Source: Candidatus Aminicenantes bacterium
GTDB taxonomy: Bacteria > Acidobacteriota > Aminicenantia > Aminicenantales > Aminicenantaceae
Assembly (NCBI GenBank): GCA_020344415.1
Contig: CP070825.1
Location: 1,604,533-1,624,426, forward strand
Direction of reading: 5' to 3'
Length of the DNA stretch: 19,894 bases
This document shows positions 1 through 9,412 of the stretch, in pieces (the stretch's first letter is position 1; every line of letters begins with the position of its first letter). The position numbers were made by a program, and so were the translations under genes. The notes beneath the pieces were generated by a model. The model worked only from the letters and a program-made list of their open reading frames with translations, was not told the DNA's origin and searched no databases.

Positions 1-2270
1 ATCTCTTAAGAAAAGAAAATTTATCTCTTCTATTTATTCTGCTCACAACCTTTCTCCTCGGTTCAAGCCTCTTTGCTTACCAAAATAAACGATTCGAACA
101 AAACTCCCTGCATAACATGAAGCATACAGATTATGCCGATTATTATGGAACAATATACAAATCCCCCTCCCGTGGACATGATAGAGATTATCTTTTTCTA
201 AAAGTTGAAAAAGTCGCCTATCAGAATAAGGAGGAAAAGATTAGAGGGAACCTGAGGGTCACAATCCCCCACTCTTCAGAATTTCCCTCCAAATTGAATG
301 TTTTTATTCACGATAAAGTCAAGGTCTCCGCCCATTTACTTTCCTACAAAGGATTCAGAAACTTTAAAGATTCTTCCTTGGACATGTATCTCAAAACTCA
401 GCACATTCACAACAGAGCCTCCACCAAAAGTCCTCTTCTAGCAGAAAAAATAGAAGATGGAAAAAAATATTTGCCCCTCCGTCTAATATCAAACATCAGG
501 CAAAAATTGCAGCAAAGAATTGAAGAGCATTTCTCCTCCCCCAAGGATGATTCTCTTTCTCCTCAGGGAGCGGTTCTTGAGGCTCTCCTCTTAGGAGAAA
601 GAGGTAGAATCCCCCTTTCAATCACGCGCTCTCTTCAAAAGGCAGGACTTTACCATCTCTTTGCCATCTCGGGAGCCCATATTGCTATTATTTCCTTCCT
701 CTTTTTTTCTGTCTTTAGGCTATTTAGAATTCCTGCTCGAACATCATTTCTTGTTCTCATTTTCTTTCTCGGTTTTTATGTCTTTTTGGTAGAAGGAAGA
801 CCTTCTGTTATGAGAGCCACAATCATGACGCTGGCATTTCTAATCGGAAAGCTCATCTGGAGAGATGTCAACCTCATTAACACTATATCTATGAGTGCTT
901 TTTTTCTGCTGTTTATCAATCCCTTCAGTCTTTTTAGTCTGGGATTTCAGCTAACCTTCGCTGCCACCATCTCCATCATTCTCTTTTTCAGTAGAATCAT
1001 CAAATACCTCCCTAGGCTTCCCTTTAGAATCAGTGAAATCTTTGCGATCTCTTTGACGGCTCAACTTGGAGTTTTGCCTTTTGTAGTGAGTTCTTTCAAC
1101 CGGGTAACATTTTCGTCTCTTGTCCTCAACTTCGCGGCTCTTCCGCTGTTAGGATTAATCATGGCCTCAGGCTACATTTTCCTCCCGCTCTCCTTCGTGA
1201 ACTCTCATCTTGCCCAGCTTCTTGCTAAAGGAATAGAATTTCTCATAAACATGCTCACAAGCGTATCAGGCCTTTTTGACCCGCTCTCTTTCATCTCTTA
1301 CCGAATTCCAACACCTCATCTAATCACTATAATAGGCTATTTTCTTTTTCTTTATCTCCTGCTCCTGCCCCCGAGAATAAAAAGACAAAAATTAATCGTT
1401 CTCCTCTGTTTTCTCCTTTTCGTCTCTGTCATAATATCTTACCCTTTCCCGTCTACTTCAAGAAATCTTAAGCTTACCTTCATCGATGTGGGGCAGGGAG
1501 ACTCTATACTGGCAGAATTTCCAGGCGAGAAAAAAATGCTCATAGACGGAGGAGGCATCCCTGAAGAAACCTTCGATATCGGTGAAAGCGTAGTTTCACC
1601 ATTCCTGTGGGACAAAGGAATAAAAAAGATCGATTATTTAATTCTGACCCATGCTCATCCCGATCATATCAACGGATTAAAAGCCATCGCAAGGAACTTT
1701 AAAATCGGTGAATACTGGGAGTCATTAATTCCATTAAATAGTAGGTCTTATGCAGAATTTAAGAAACTAATTCCACCATCTATTCCTCAGAAAAGATTTT
1801 TTCGACACCACACGCAGCGTGAAGGAGACGTGAAGATTGAAGTTCTCCATCCCAAGAAGGATAATCCTTATGTACAAACTGTCCACAATGATCAATCCCT
1901 TGTTTTGAGGATTTCATATGGCCAGACTTCATTTCTTCTCGCCGGCGATATCGGGATCGATGCGGAAAGAGAGATATTGGAGAATGTCAATGAAATTAAA
2001 AGCCAGGTGCTCAAATCTCCTCATCATGGAAGCAATTCCTCTAGTTCAACAACTATTCTCCGCAGCGTCGCACCCCGTATAGTTGTTATAACTGTTGGCG
2101 AAGGAAACAGATACGGATTGCCAGACCAGGAGGTCCTCGAAAAATATGGCAAAATTGGAGCAAGAATCTACAGGACCGACCTTCATGGAGCCGTGGAAGT
2201 CTCATCAGACGGACAAAGAATCTCTGTGAGGACATCTTCATGTAAGTCATCTTCTGAAAATCAGCAGTAA
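1..2270 (+). CDS. comEC: ComEC/Rec2 family DNA internalization channel protein, 5'-truncated at window edge (ATG at 117 is the first Met in the window, but the frame is open back to base 3)
   Basis: Polytopic hydrophobic core typical of the Competence domain. The C-terminal metallo-beta-lactamase fold carries LTHAHPDHINGL (HxHxDH) and a later SPHHGS motif. The N-terminal region is DUF4131-like. The reading frame has no stop from nt 3 to 117 and translates to a hydrophobic helix (LSLLFILLTTFLLGSSLFAY), so the gene almost certainly starts upstream of the window. Confidence 0.85.
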   Translation, partial: LLRKENLSLLFILLTTFLLGSSLFAYQNKRFEQNSLHNMKHTDYADYYGTIYKSPSRGHDRDYLFLKVEKVAYQNKEEKIRGNLRVTIPHSSEFPSKLNVFIHDKVKVSAHLLSYKGFRNFKDSSLDMYLKTQHIHNRASTKSPLLAEKIEDGKKYLPLRLISNIRQKLQQRIEEHFSSPKDDSLSPQGAVLEALLLGERGRIPLSITRSLQKAGLYHLFAISGAHIAIISFLFFSVFRLFRIPARTSFLVLIFFLGFYVFLVEGRPSVMRATIMTLAFLIGKLIWRDVNLINTISMSAFFLLFINPFSLFSLGFQLTFAATISIILFFSRIIKYLPRLPFRISEIFAISLTAQLGVLPFVVSSFNRVTFSSLVLNFAALPLLGLIMASGYIFLPLSFVNSHLAQLLAKGIEFLINMLTSVSGLFDPLSFISYRIPTPHLITIIGYFLFLYLLLLPPRIKRQKLIVLLCFLLFVSVIISYPFPSTSRNLKLTFIDVGQGDSILAEFPGEKKMLIDGGGIPEETFDIGESVVSPFLWDKGIKKIDYLILTHAHPDHINGLKAIARNFKIGEYWESLIPLNSRSYAEFKKLIPPSIPQKRFFRHHTQREGDVKIEVLHPKKDNPYVQTVHNDQSLVLRISYGQTSFLLAGDIGIDAEREILENVNEIKSQVLKSPHHGSNSSSSTTILRSVAPRIVVITVGEGNRYGLPDQEVLEKYGKIGARIYRTDLHGAVEVSSDGQRISVRTSSCKSSSENQQ

Positions 2271-2423
2271 AATCTGACTAGCCTTGATTACTCATAAAAA
2301 TCACCCTAGGAATCACCTGTAAAGGCGAGTTACTTATTTTCATAACTTTAGTTGAATTATAAAGGGGCTTTGCCCTAATTGACACAGAAATTATAGTTGT
2401 TTATCATATATTCAAGAGCAAAA

Positions 2424-2975
2424 ATGACGTTCAAGAAATTCATTTCCTTCACGTTCCTCCCGCTATTACTCACCTCCTTTCTATTTTCTCAAAGCGTGGC
2501 AGAGCTGGCTAAAAAGGAAAAAGAAAGAAGAGAAAAATTAAAAGGAAAAAAAGGGGCGGTTATTACCAACGCTAAATTGAAGAAGACTGCAAAGAAGTCA
2601 GCAGTTACCACATCCCGGCCTGCAGCCAAATCCACAAGTGCCAAAAGCCCATCAAGCCCTCAGCCAAAATCTCCTTCTGGGACAACCCAGCCCAGCGCTA
2701 CATCAGAATTAGACAAAACAGGAGCTGTGGACACAAAGGCAGATCTTGAACTGAAATGGCAAAGGGCGCAAGAATACGTAGGTTTATTAACCACGAAGAT
2801 GAACGCGCTTTGGCAAGAGTACTACAGCATGGATGATATGACTGACAGAAGCAGCATCCAGAGACAGATTGCCGAGACTTTTCAAAAACTCCAGAAAGCC
2901 AAAGAAGATGCGGATAAAGCCAAGAAAGAATTAGACCAGTCAATCACTCGAGTCACGAAGAAAAAACGCAATTAG
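2424..2975 (+). CDS. hypothetical secreted Lys/Ser/Pro-rich protein with C-terminal coiled-coil
   Basis: The ORF track starts at a TTG at 2397. An ATG at 2424 preceded by AAGAG gives MTFKKFISFTFLPLLLTSFLFSQS, a classic signal peptide. The mature part is low-complexity K/S/P/T-rich with a helical KAKEDADKAKKEL tail. No recognisable catalytic motif. Confidence 0.5.
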   Translation: MTFKKFISFTFLPLLLTSFLFSQSVAELAKKEKERREKLKGKKGAVITNAKLKKTAKKSAVTTSRPAAKSTSAKSPSSPQPKSPSGTTQPSATSELDKTGAVDTKADLELKWQRAQEYVGLLTTKMNALWQEYYSMDDMTDRSSIQRQIAETFQKLQKAKEDADKAKKELDQSITRVTKKKRN

Positions 2976-2998
2976 ATAAGCTGAAGCAAGAGGGACGA

Positions 2999-3865
2999 CT
3001 ATCGAAAATAAATAGAAGAAATCTGAATTCCTAACTCTCTCTCATCGGTGGAACCTGGTATGAGTTTAGAAGGAATAAATGTCTTATCCGTTAAGAAAGT
3101 GAGAATAAACTCATCTCCTTCTCCAAGCATTTCTTTCTTTATATTGAAAGATTTCTCAAAATAGCTCTGTTTCGGGATGAACTCATCTAATACCAAATCG
3201 TTTATCTTGAAAATAACTTTCTGATCATCAAGGGCATCAATGTTAAGTCCTCCCTTTATAACCAGAAGAGCATCCCGGTGTGGATTATCGACTATACATC
3301 TGGCCTCTTTGGCCGTCCATCTCCATTCTTTAAGAAAGGATTCAGGGTTTATTTCGTGGTTATACCAACCATCTTCGTAAATGACCTCGGGAGTATCTGG
3401 AGGAGGTGGCAACACTTTTACTTTCTTAACCAAAACATCTCTCTTAGATTCTCCGGTCCTGTCATAAGGAGAGAAGAAGCCAGCAGAGATCTTTAAAGTC
3501 TCCTCTCCTTCGAACTCAGGATCAAATTCATCGATAAATCGCGGAATAAATATTCTCCGCATATACGAGTATTCCTTTAAAGATTCCCATTGAGATGTCG
3601 GAAACTCAGGGGTATGGTCATCTCGAAGTATCAGGTTGTTTTTATGCCAGAAATGAACAAAGACATTGTAATCTTGACTCACTTTTATAAATTCACTGCT
3701 TGTTTTCCATGTATACTTTATATCTGTAATTAAATAATCAGACAGGGGAGATTCAGAAAATTTTATTTCAAGCTCTACTCCTTTAACTGCTGCCTTCTTC
3801 CGGCAATGAAAAGAAACAAGCGCCAATAACATCATTATGACCACGATCGATATTTTTCTCGCCAT
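2999..3865 (-). CDS. hypothetical exported protein (signal peptide, possible lipoprotein)
   Basis: 288-aa ORF with a strong GGAGG RBS 7 nt upstream on the minus strand. The N-terminus MARKISIVVIMMLLALVSFHC is a signal peptide ending in Cys. The protein contains a PPPP linker. No family motif recognised. It is co-directional with and downstream of the BNR-repeat gene. Confidence 0.55.
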   Translation of the reverse strand: MARKISIVVIMMLLALVSFHCRKKAAVKGVELEIKFSESPLSDYLITDIKYTWKTSSEFIKVSQDYNVFVHFWHKNNLILRDDHTPEFPTSQWESLKEYSYMRRIFIPRFIDEFDPEFEGEETLKISAGFFSPYDRTGESKRDVLVKKVKVLPPPPDTPEVIYEDGWYNHEINPESFLKEWRWTAKEARCIVDNPHRDALLVIKGGLNIDALDDQKVIFKINDLVLDEFIPKQSYFEKSFNIKKEMLGEGDEFILTFLTDKTFIPSKLIPGSTDERELGIQISSIYFR

Positions 3866-4055
3866 TTCTTGCCTCCTCTTTTCTTAGAAATATTGGTGTA
3901 TTATAAAAAATCAGAAGTTTTATGTAAAGATAGGCACTATAAAAATCTTAACAGCGATGAATCGGTCGCTTCGGTCTCTTTCCGCTATTGCCGTCTGGCT
4001 CAGCTTCCGAAGCTTAAAAATTCAGCTCTGTTTTTCAGCTTTACAAATTTCTTGC

Positions 4056-7000
4056 TTAGTCTTTTTTTATCTTCTTAGGTGGAAAAATGCGGGGAATATT
4101 GTTCTCGTTCATCAGTTTATTCAGTTTTGGAATATCCGCTTCTATTATCCTGTTTGCTCTCTCAATGAGTGTTTCTAATTCCTCAGAATTTTTGCTTATC
4201 TGTTGAATCTGGCGTTCAGAAGGAGCACCTGTAAATCCTCCAATGGACCTTCCGAGCGTGGACAACTGCCCTCTGATTGAAAAGCGCATTCCTCGCCTGC
4301 CCAATTGCGGATCGCCTAACAACTTGATCCGGATGTCATCAATTTCCTTGGATATAGCCTTAATATGCTCTATAACAGCCTCTGGCACGCCTGATACCTT
4401 TTTTAGAGCTGTATTCTGTTTCTGCATTTCATTTTTAATATTATTTGTGGTCCTGCTCAAAGCTAAAAGAGACGGATTCAACTTATAAATCTTCAAAAGC
4501 GCATCATGCTGTGCTTTCCTCTCTTCAAAGGAAATTTCGATCCTCTTGTCTCCTTCTACCTCAACTGTTTTTGTCATTTCTTGGCCCGCAGCTTTCAGGG
4601 TGACCTGGTATTTTCCGGGGAGAACAAATGGACCTCGGGAGCTGAAGCGTCGATCCGCCTCCCTAGTCACGGGAGGAGGACCATACCTAAGGTTCCAAGC
4701 AATCCGATTGATTCCTTTGTTTTTTGAACCTTTGACTTCCCTTATCATCTGACCAGCGCTATCCTGAACGATTATCTCGACACTATCCTTTGCCTGTTCT
4801 TTCAGATAGTAGCTTATCATGGCACCAAAAGGCGGGTTAGGAGCTACAAAAAATTTGTGACCAAGATTTCCCTTGCGGTTGTAAGGATTAAACATTATCG
4901 CTTTACGGATGTCGAAAAGATAGGCGGGAGAAGCAAGGTTTTCTTTGGTAAGCTGTTCCAAAGGAGTAATATCGTCTAAAATCCAGATGCTCCGGCCATG
5001 GGTACCGAAAATCAAGTCGTTCTCTCGAGGATGGATAGCAATGTCATCAACAGGAACGAGAGGAAAATTTCCTTTAAACTTTATCCAACTTATTCCCCTA
5101 TCAGTCGAGAAGTAGGCGCCTCTTTCAGTACCAATAAAGAGGAGATTGGGATTTCGATGATGCTCGCGGATAACGTTCACAATACTGCCTTTAGGCAGGT
5201 CCCTTGAGATGTCCTTCCAGCTCTCTCCGTAATTGGTTGTCGTGAAGACATAGGCTTTATAATCATCGTTTCTGTGTCCATCCAAAGTCGCATAAGCTGT
5301 CCCTTCCCCAAAGCGTGAAGCAACGACTCTGGTAACATAGGTGTTTTTGGGCACCCCAGGAATCTTGCTTATGACATTTTTCCAAGTTTTGCCGCCATCT
5401 CGAGAAACCTGAAGGTTGCCGTCATCCGTGCCTGCGTACAGAAGGCCTTCCTTGATTGGGGATTCAGAAATTGTAGTGATATCCCCAAAGTAAGAGATTC
5501 CGTCGTGACGGGAGAGGGTCCTCCTATCTGGAAGGACCCCCATGAGGGGGAGCTTTTCTCTATCCTGCTGAGTAGTAAGGTCTATCGAAGCTTCCCATGT
5601 CTCCCCTCTGTCTTTGGATTTAAAAAGTTTGTTTCCACCGTAATAAATAGTGTTGTGATCATGAGGGGAAATCAAAATCGGAGAATTCCAGTTGAATCTG
5701 TAGCTCTCTTTCTCATCCTCTGGCTGAGGCCTGATAGATTTGCTCTCTCCTGTCCTCAAGTCAAGCCTGAAGAGATTCCCATTCTGAGACTCTGCATAGA
5801 TTGTATTATAGTCTGTGGGATCAACCTGGGTATAAAAGCCATCTCCACCGCCGATTCTGAACCAATCTTCGTTTGTAACCCCCAATCGATTCCATGTCGA
5901 AGTCGGACTTCCCCAGCTCCCGTTATCCTGCAGGCCTCCATAAATATAGTATGGGGTGCGCATGTCAAAGCCTATCTCATAAAACTGTCCAAGGGGAAGA
6001 GTGTTAATAAAATCCCAAGTTTTGCCGCGATCGTAAGAAAAATAAATTCCTCCATCCGAGCCAAGAACAATGTTATTGGAGTTTTCAGGATTTATCCACA
6101 TGGCATGATGGTCGCCATGAACCCCTCTCACATAACTTGTATTAAAAGTTTTTCCTCCGTCTTCTGAGACATACATCCGGGCTCCCAGGACCCATATCCT
6201 CTGGTCGTTGTTCGGGTCTATTCGTATCTTGCTGTAATACATAGGGCGAGGATTCGTACTCGACATCTTTTTCCAGGATAAACCCTTGTCCTCAGACCGG
6301 AAGACGCCTCCCCGTCTGTTCTCGATAACTGCATAGACTATACTGGGGTTGCTTCTGAATATATCGATCCCGATGCGACCTGTATCCCCTGCAGGCAACC
6401 CGCTGGTCAGGCGAATCCAGGTCTCCCCTCCATCGGTTGTCTTAAAGAGGCCGCTTCCAGGCCCTCCTCCGTTAAAGCCCCAGCCTCGCCTTCTCCTTTG
6501 ATAAGCTGCCGCATACAGAGTATTTGGATTCTCATGATCCATGGCAACATCCACAAAGCCCGTGTTTTCGTCGATGAACTTCGTATTGACCCACGTCTTG
6601 CCGCCATCTGCTGTTTTAAAAAGGCCTCTTTCCTTGTTCGGACCCCAGAGATGGCCCAAGGCTGCCACATAGACTATGTCCGGGTTTGCGGGATGAATGA
6701 CTAGGCGACCGATATGATGCGTATCTTTTAGTCCCATATTCTTCCACGTCTTCCCTCCATCTGTCGATTTATAGACACCGTTCCCCCATGAAGAACTCTG
6801 GCGATTGTTGGGCTCTCCAGTGCCAACCCATACTATATCAGGATCTGAGGGCGAGACAGTCACATCTCCTATAGTGCTTGTCGGTTGATCATCAAAAATC
6901 GGTTCCCAGGTCACACCGTTGTTGGTCGTCTTCCACACTCCTCCTGAAGCAGTTCCTGCATAGATAATATGTGGCGAACTCTCCACAACAGCAAAGTCAT

Positions 7001-7178
7001 CGATCCGTCCTCCCATGTTTGCAGGACCAATACACCGCCATTTAAGACCATCGAGTACAGCTTCTGTAAGAAGTGGCACAGGTTTCTTCTCTGCCTTTTT
7101 GGCACCGAGGAAGATGCAGAGAACGAAACCAATGCACAAAACAAGTAAAACACGATGCGAAAAGTCTCTTTTTCTCAC
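4056..7178 (-). CDS. BNR/Asp-box repeat protein (sortilin/VPS10-like, GH74/Ycf48-like beta-propeller), N-terminal membrane anchor
   Basis: 1040-aa ORF with at least 10 S/T-x-D-G-G-x-T-W Asp-box motifs (STDGGKTWKN, TADGGKTWVN, TTDGGETWIR, SEDKGLSWKK, SYDRGKTWDF, SKDRGETWEA, SRDGGKTWKN, TTNYGESWKD, STDRGISWIK). N-terminal signal anchor MRKRDFSHRVLLVLCIGFVLCIFLG. The plus-strand antisense ORFs inside it are spurious. Confidence 0.85.
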   Translation of the reverse strand: MRKRDFSHRVLLVLCIGFVLCIFLGAKKAEKKPVPLLTEAVLDGLKWRCIGPANMGGRIDDFAVVESSPHIIYAGTASGGVWKTTNNGVTWEPIFDDQPTSTIGDVTVSPSDPDIVWVGTGEPNNRQSSSWGNGVYKSTDGGKTWKNMGLKDTHHIGRLVIHPANPDIVYVAALGHLWGPNKERGLFKTADGGKTWVNTKFIDENTGFVDVAMDHENPNTLYAAAYQRRRRGWGFNGGGPGSGLFKTTDGGETWIRLTSGLPAGDTGRIGIDIFRSNPSIVYAVIENRRGGVFRSEDKGLSWKKMSSTNPRPMYYSKIRIDPNNDQRIWVLGARMYVSEDGGKTFNTSYVRGVHGDHHAMWINPENSNNIVLGSDGGIYFSYDRGKTWDFINTLPLGQFYEIGFDMRTPYYIYGGLQDNGSWGSPTSTWNRLGVTNEDWFRIGGGDGFYTQVDPTDYNTIYAESQNGNLFRLDLRTGESKSIRPQPEDEKESYRFNWNSPILISPHDHNTIYYGGNKLFKSKDRGETWEASIDLTTQQDREKLPLMGVLPDRRTLSRHDGISYFGDITTISESPIKEGLLYAGTDDGNLQVSRDGGKTWKNVISKIPGVPKNTYVTRVVASRFGEGTAYATLDGHRNDDYKAYVFTTTNYGESWKDISRDLPKGSIVNVIREHHRNPNLLFIGTERGAYFSTDRGISWIKFKGNFPLVPVDDIAIHPRENDLIFGTHGRSIWILDDITPLEQLTKENLASPAYLFDIRKAIMFNPYNRKGNLGHKFFVAPNPPFGAMISYYLKEQAKDSVEIIVQDSAGQMIREVKGSKNKGINRIAWNLRYGPPPVTREADRRFSSRGPFVLPGKYQVTLKAAGQEMTKTVEVEGDKRIEISFEERKAQHDALLKIYKLNPSLLALSRTTNNIKNEMQKQNTALKKVSGVPEAVIEHIKAISKEIDDIRIKLLGDPQLGRRGMRFSIRGQLSTLGRSIGGFTGAPSERQIQQISKNSEELETLIERANRIIEADIPKLNKLMNENNIPRIFPPKKIKKD

Positions 7179-7309
7179 AGTTTTCCCTCCTTAACTAATT
7201 AGGTGGCTGAGTATCTTGATGAAATACTCATTATTTGATTCTTGAAATTGTAGTGAAAAAAGGTAGCTGTATAATTATCACACGGAGCACGTTAAAGTCA
7301 ATTTCTTTA

Positions 7310-7467
7310 TTGGGGTCAGGCTTTCATAACTTTGATAAGTTCTGTGGTCAGTCAATATCCAAGGAAAAGCTGGATAACTGGTGAGAGAAAAATTTCTCTA
7401 CGCCGATGAGGCCTGACTTTGAACACCTAAAACTAAACTTATGAAACTTATGAAAGCCTGACCCCAA
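7310..7467. repeat. 158-bp element bounded by perfect 20-bp inverted repeats (TTGGGGTCAGGCTTTCATAA / TTATGAAAGCCTGACCCCAA); MITE-like or large regulatory palindrome
   Basis: Arms are at 7310-7329 and 7448-7467 and are exact reverse complements; the spacer is 118 bp. The right arm is preceded by a tandem 9-bp duplication ACTTATGAA x2 (7437-7454). An internal partial arm copy GCCTGAC lies at 7411-7417. The element sits in the 331-bp divergent intergenic region between the BNR gene and lpxK. Confidence 0.6.
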
Positions 7468-7509
7468 GCGGGTTGAAAGAGAAAATCGAATGGTGTATAG
7501 TCCCAGAGG

Positions 7510-8490
7510 ATGAAATTTCTTCTCTTTTCCCTTTCTCTTTTTTATCGCATTGGGTGCCAGGCAAAAAATTTATTTTACAGGAGGAAAATCCTCAGGTCAA
7601 AGAGAGCCCCATTGACTGTAATCAGTATTGGAAACATCTCCTTTGGGGGAACAGAGAAAACCCCCTTAGTCATGAACCTGATGTCTTTCCTTACGACGCA
7701 AGGTTTTAAACCAGCCTTAATCTCTCGAGGGTATAAAGGGAAATGGGAAAAAAAAGGAGGTGTTCTCTCTGACGGGATTAGCCTATTCGGAACTTGGGTT
7801 GATTCAGGTGATGAGCCCTTCATGGTTGCTCAAAATATTCCTCAGGCCGGTGTTTTTATCGGAAAAAACCGCTTAAAATCATGCATTCATGCCAAGGATC
7901 TATCATTCGCGCCTGCTGTCTTGGATGACGGTTTTCAGCATCGCCGCCTTCACAGAGACCTGGATATTGTGCTCTTTGATCCCTCTAAAAAGCCGGCTCT
8001 CAGAGAGCCAGTTTCTTCCCTTAAAAGAGCCCACATCCTGTTGATAAAAAAAGGAGCCTCCACTCAGAAAAAGAAGGAAATTAAAAATATTATTTCCCAA
8101 ACAGCCGCGTTCGAATATGATGTTATCCATGGGGCTTTCTTTAATTTGGAAGGGAAAGAGAGAATTCCAGAAGAAGAACTCAAAGAAAAAAAAGTTCTTG
8201 CATTCTGCGGTATAGCCCGCCCAGAAAAATTCTCCGCTATGCTTCAAGAGAAAGGCCTAAAGATTGTTTCTTTCCTTAAATTTCCTGACCACCATTCTTA
8301 CCGCCCCTCTTCTCTAGAAAAAATTGTGGAAAAATACCAAAAAACAAAAGCTGAGGCATTGATCACAACAGAAAAGGACGCAGTGAAGATTTCAGATTTC
8401 GAAGGTTTCAAAAAAATTCCAGCGTATTACTTAAAGATCGACATCAGGCTCGAAGAAGAATTTTATAATAAAATTCTCTCTTTCTTATGA
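7510..8490 (+). CDS. lpxK: tetraacyldisaccharide 4'-kinase (lipid A biosynthesis)
   Basis: N-terminal hydrophobic anchor followed by the P-loop ISIGNISFGGTEKTP (LpxK signature VGNLTxGGTGKTP), then ISRGYKG and DDGFQH motifs characteristic of LpxK. Length 326 aa. Confidence 0.85.
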   Translation: MKFLLFSLSLFYRIGCQAKNLFYRRKILRSKRAPLTVISIGNISFGGTEKTPLVMNLMSFLTTQGFKPALISRGYKGKWEKKGGVLSDGISLFGTWVDSGDEPFMVAQNIPQAGVFIGKNRLKSCIHAKDLSFAPAVLDDGFQHRRLHRDLDIVLFDPSKKPALREPVSSLKRAHILLIKKGASTQKKKEIKNIISQTAAFEYDVIHGAFFNLEGKERIPEEELKEKKVLAFCGIARPEKFSAMLQEKGLKIVSFLKFPDHHSYRPSSLEKIVEKYQKTKAEALITTEKDAVKISDFEGFKKIPAYYLKIDIRLEEEFYNKILSFL

Positions 8491-8511
8491 GGTAAGAATT
8501 TTCTTAGATAA

Positions 8512-9408
8512 ATGCCTAATATCAAAGAACGATTAGAGTTTCTTATTTTCCAAATAGTGAAGTTCTTCTTCACCCATCCCCCGAGAAGGCTTTGTTTACT
8601 CGCAGGTAGAGTTGTCGGCCTAATCTTCTATTGCTTGGATAAGAAGCATCGCCAGATAGCTTTAAAAAACCTGACCTTGGCATTTGGCACTGAACGCACT
8701 CCTGCAGAGCTTAAAAAGATCGCGCGCGAATCGTTCAAGCATTTCGGCGGCTTCCTTGCCGAAATCATCAAGTTCCCTCGCCTCAAAGAGGAAAAAAAGA
8801 GCAGCCTTTTCCACGTTGAAGGAGAAGAACACTTGTTAGAGGCCTTACAAAAACAAAAAGGCGCCATCCTTTTCTCTGCTCATTATGGAAACTGGGAGAT
8901 TGCTCCGTATATCCTGATAAAAAAAGGAAAAATGAGTGTTGTGGCCCGACCGTTGGACAACAGACTTATGGAAGCTCAGCTCCTCAAGCTCAGAGAGAGC
9001 CTTGGAACAAAGGTCATCTACAAACATCGAGCTACAAAACAAATCCTCCAATCTCTCCGAGAAAAAGAAATGATCGCTCTATTAATCGACCAGAATGTCC
9101 TCCGGAGCCAAGCTATCTTTGTCGACTTTTTTGGCAAAAAGGCAGCCACAACCCCAAGCGTAGCAGCTTTCTTTCTCAGGACAAAGTCGCCACTTCTCCC
9201 TGTCTTCTGCTATCCAACCTCCTCCCATACGTATCAACTCAAAATATTCTCCCCCCTGAAAATCTCCTCAGAAGAAGATCACAACCAAGAGATATTGAAA
9301 ATTACCCAGATATGCACTAAGATTATAGAAGATCAAATTCGAAAAAATCCCAGTCATTGGCTTTGGTTCCATAACAGATGGAAGACACGGCCAGAGGGAG
9401 AAAAATAA
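8512..9408 (+). CDS. lipid A late acyltransferase, LpxL/LpxM (HtrB/MsbB) family
   Basis: 298 aa, with the family HX4D/E acyltransferase motif in SAHYGNWEIAP. It sits 21 nt downstream of lpxK, and rph starts 4 nt after its stop, so operonic with lpxK. Chain-length specificity cannot be told from sequence. Confidence 0.75.
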   Translation: MPNIKERLEFLIFQIVKFFFTHPPRRLCLLAGRVVGLIFYCLDKKHRQIALKNLTLAFGTERTPAELKKIARESFKHFGGFLAEIIKFPRLKEEKKSSLFHVEGEEHLLEALQKQKGAILFSAHYGNWEIAPYILIKKGKMSVVARPLDNRLMEAQLLKLRESLGTKVIYKHRATKQILQSLREKEMIALLIDQNVLRSQAIFVDFFGKKAATTPSVAAFFLRTKSPLLPVFCYPTSSHTYQLKIFSPLKISSEEDHNQEILKITQICTKIIEDQIRKNPSHWLWFHNRWKTRPEGEK

Positions 9409-9412
9409 AATT

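Noticed and set aside
2271-2396. GGGGCTTTGCCC hairpin after comEC as a terminator
   Set aside because: The stem is 4 bp with a 3-nt loop and has no trailing T-run. Too weak to call.
2397-2423. TTG start of the secreted-protein ORF at 2397
   Set aside because: The ATG at 2424 yields a clean signal peptide and has a purine-rich RBS. The 9-aa TTG-initiated extension adds nothing.
3990-4055. Palindrome AGCTTCGGAAGCT downstream of the BNR-gene stop as an intrinsic terminator
   Set aside because: Its loop is too small for a stable hairpin and no U-tract follows on the minus strand. At best it is a weak structure.
5505-6167. 220-aa plus-strand ORF (and several 60-90-aa ORFs) inside the BNR-repeat gene
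   Set aside because: It is entirely antisense to a 1040-aa ORF with more than 10 clear Asp-box motifs. It has no RBS or motifs and its composition reflects the complement of the real gene.
7473-7709. 78-aa ORF overlapping the lpxK start in another frame
   Set aside because: It is out of frame with lpxK, whose P-loop motif confirms that frame. No motifs.
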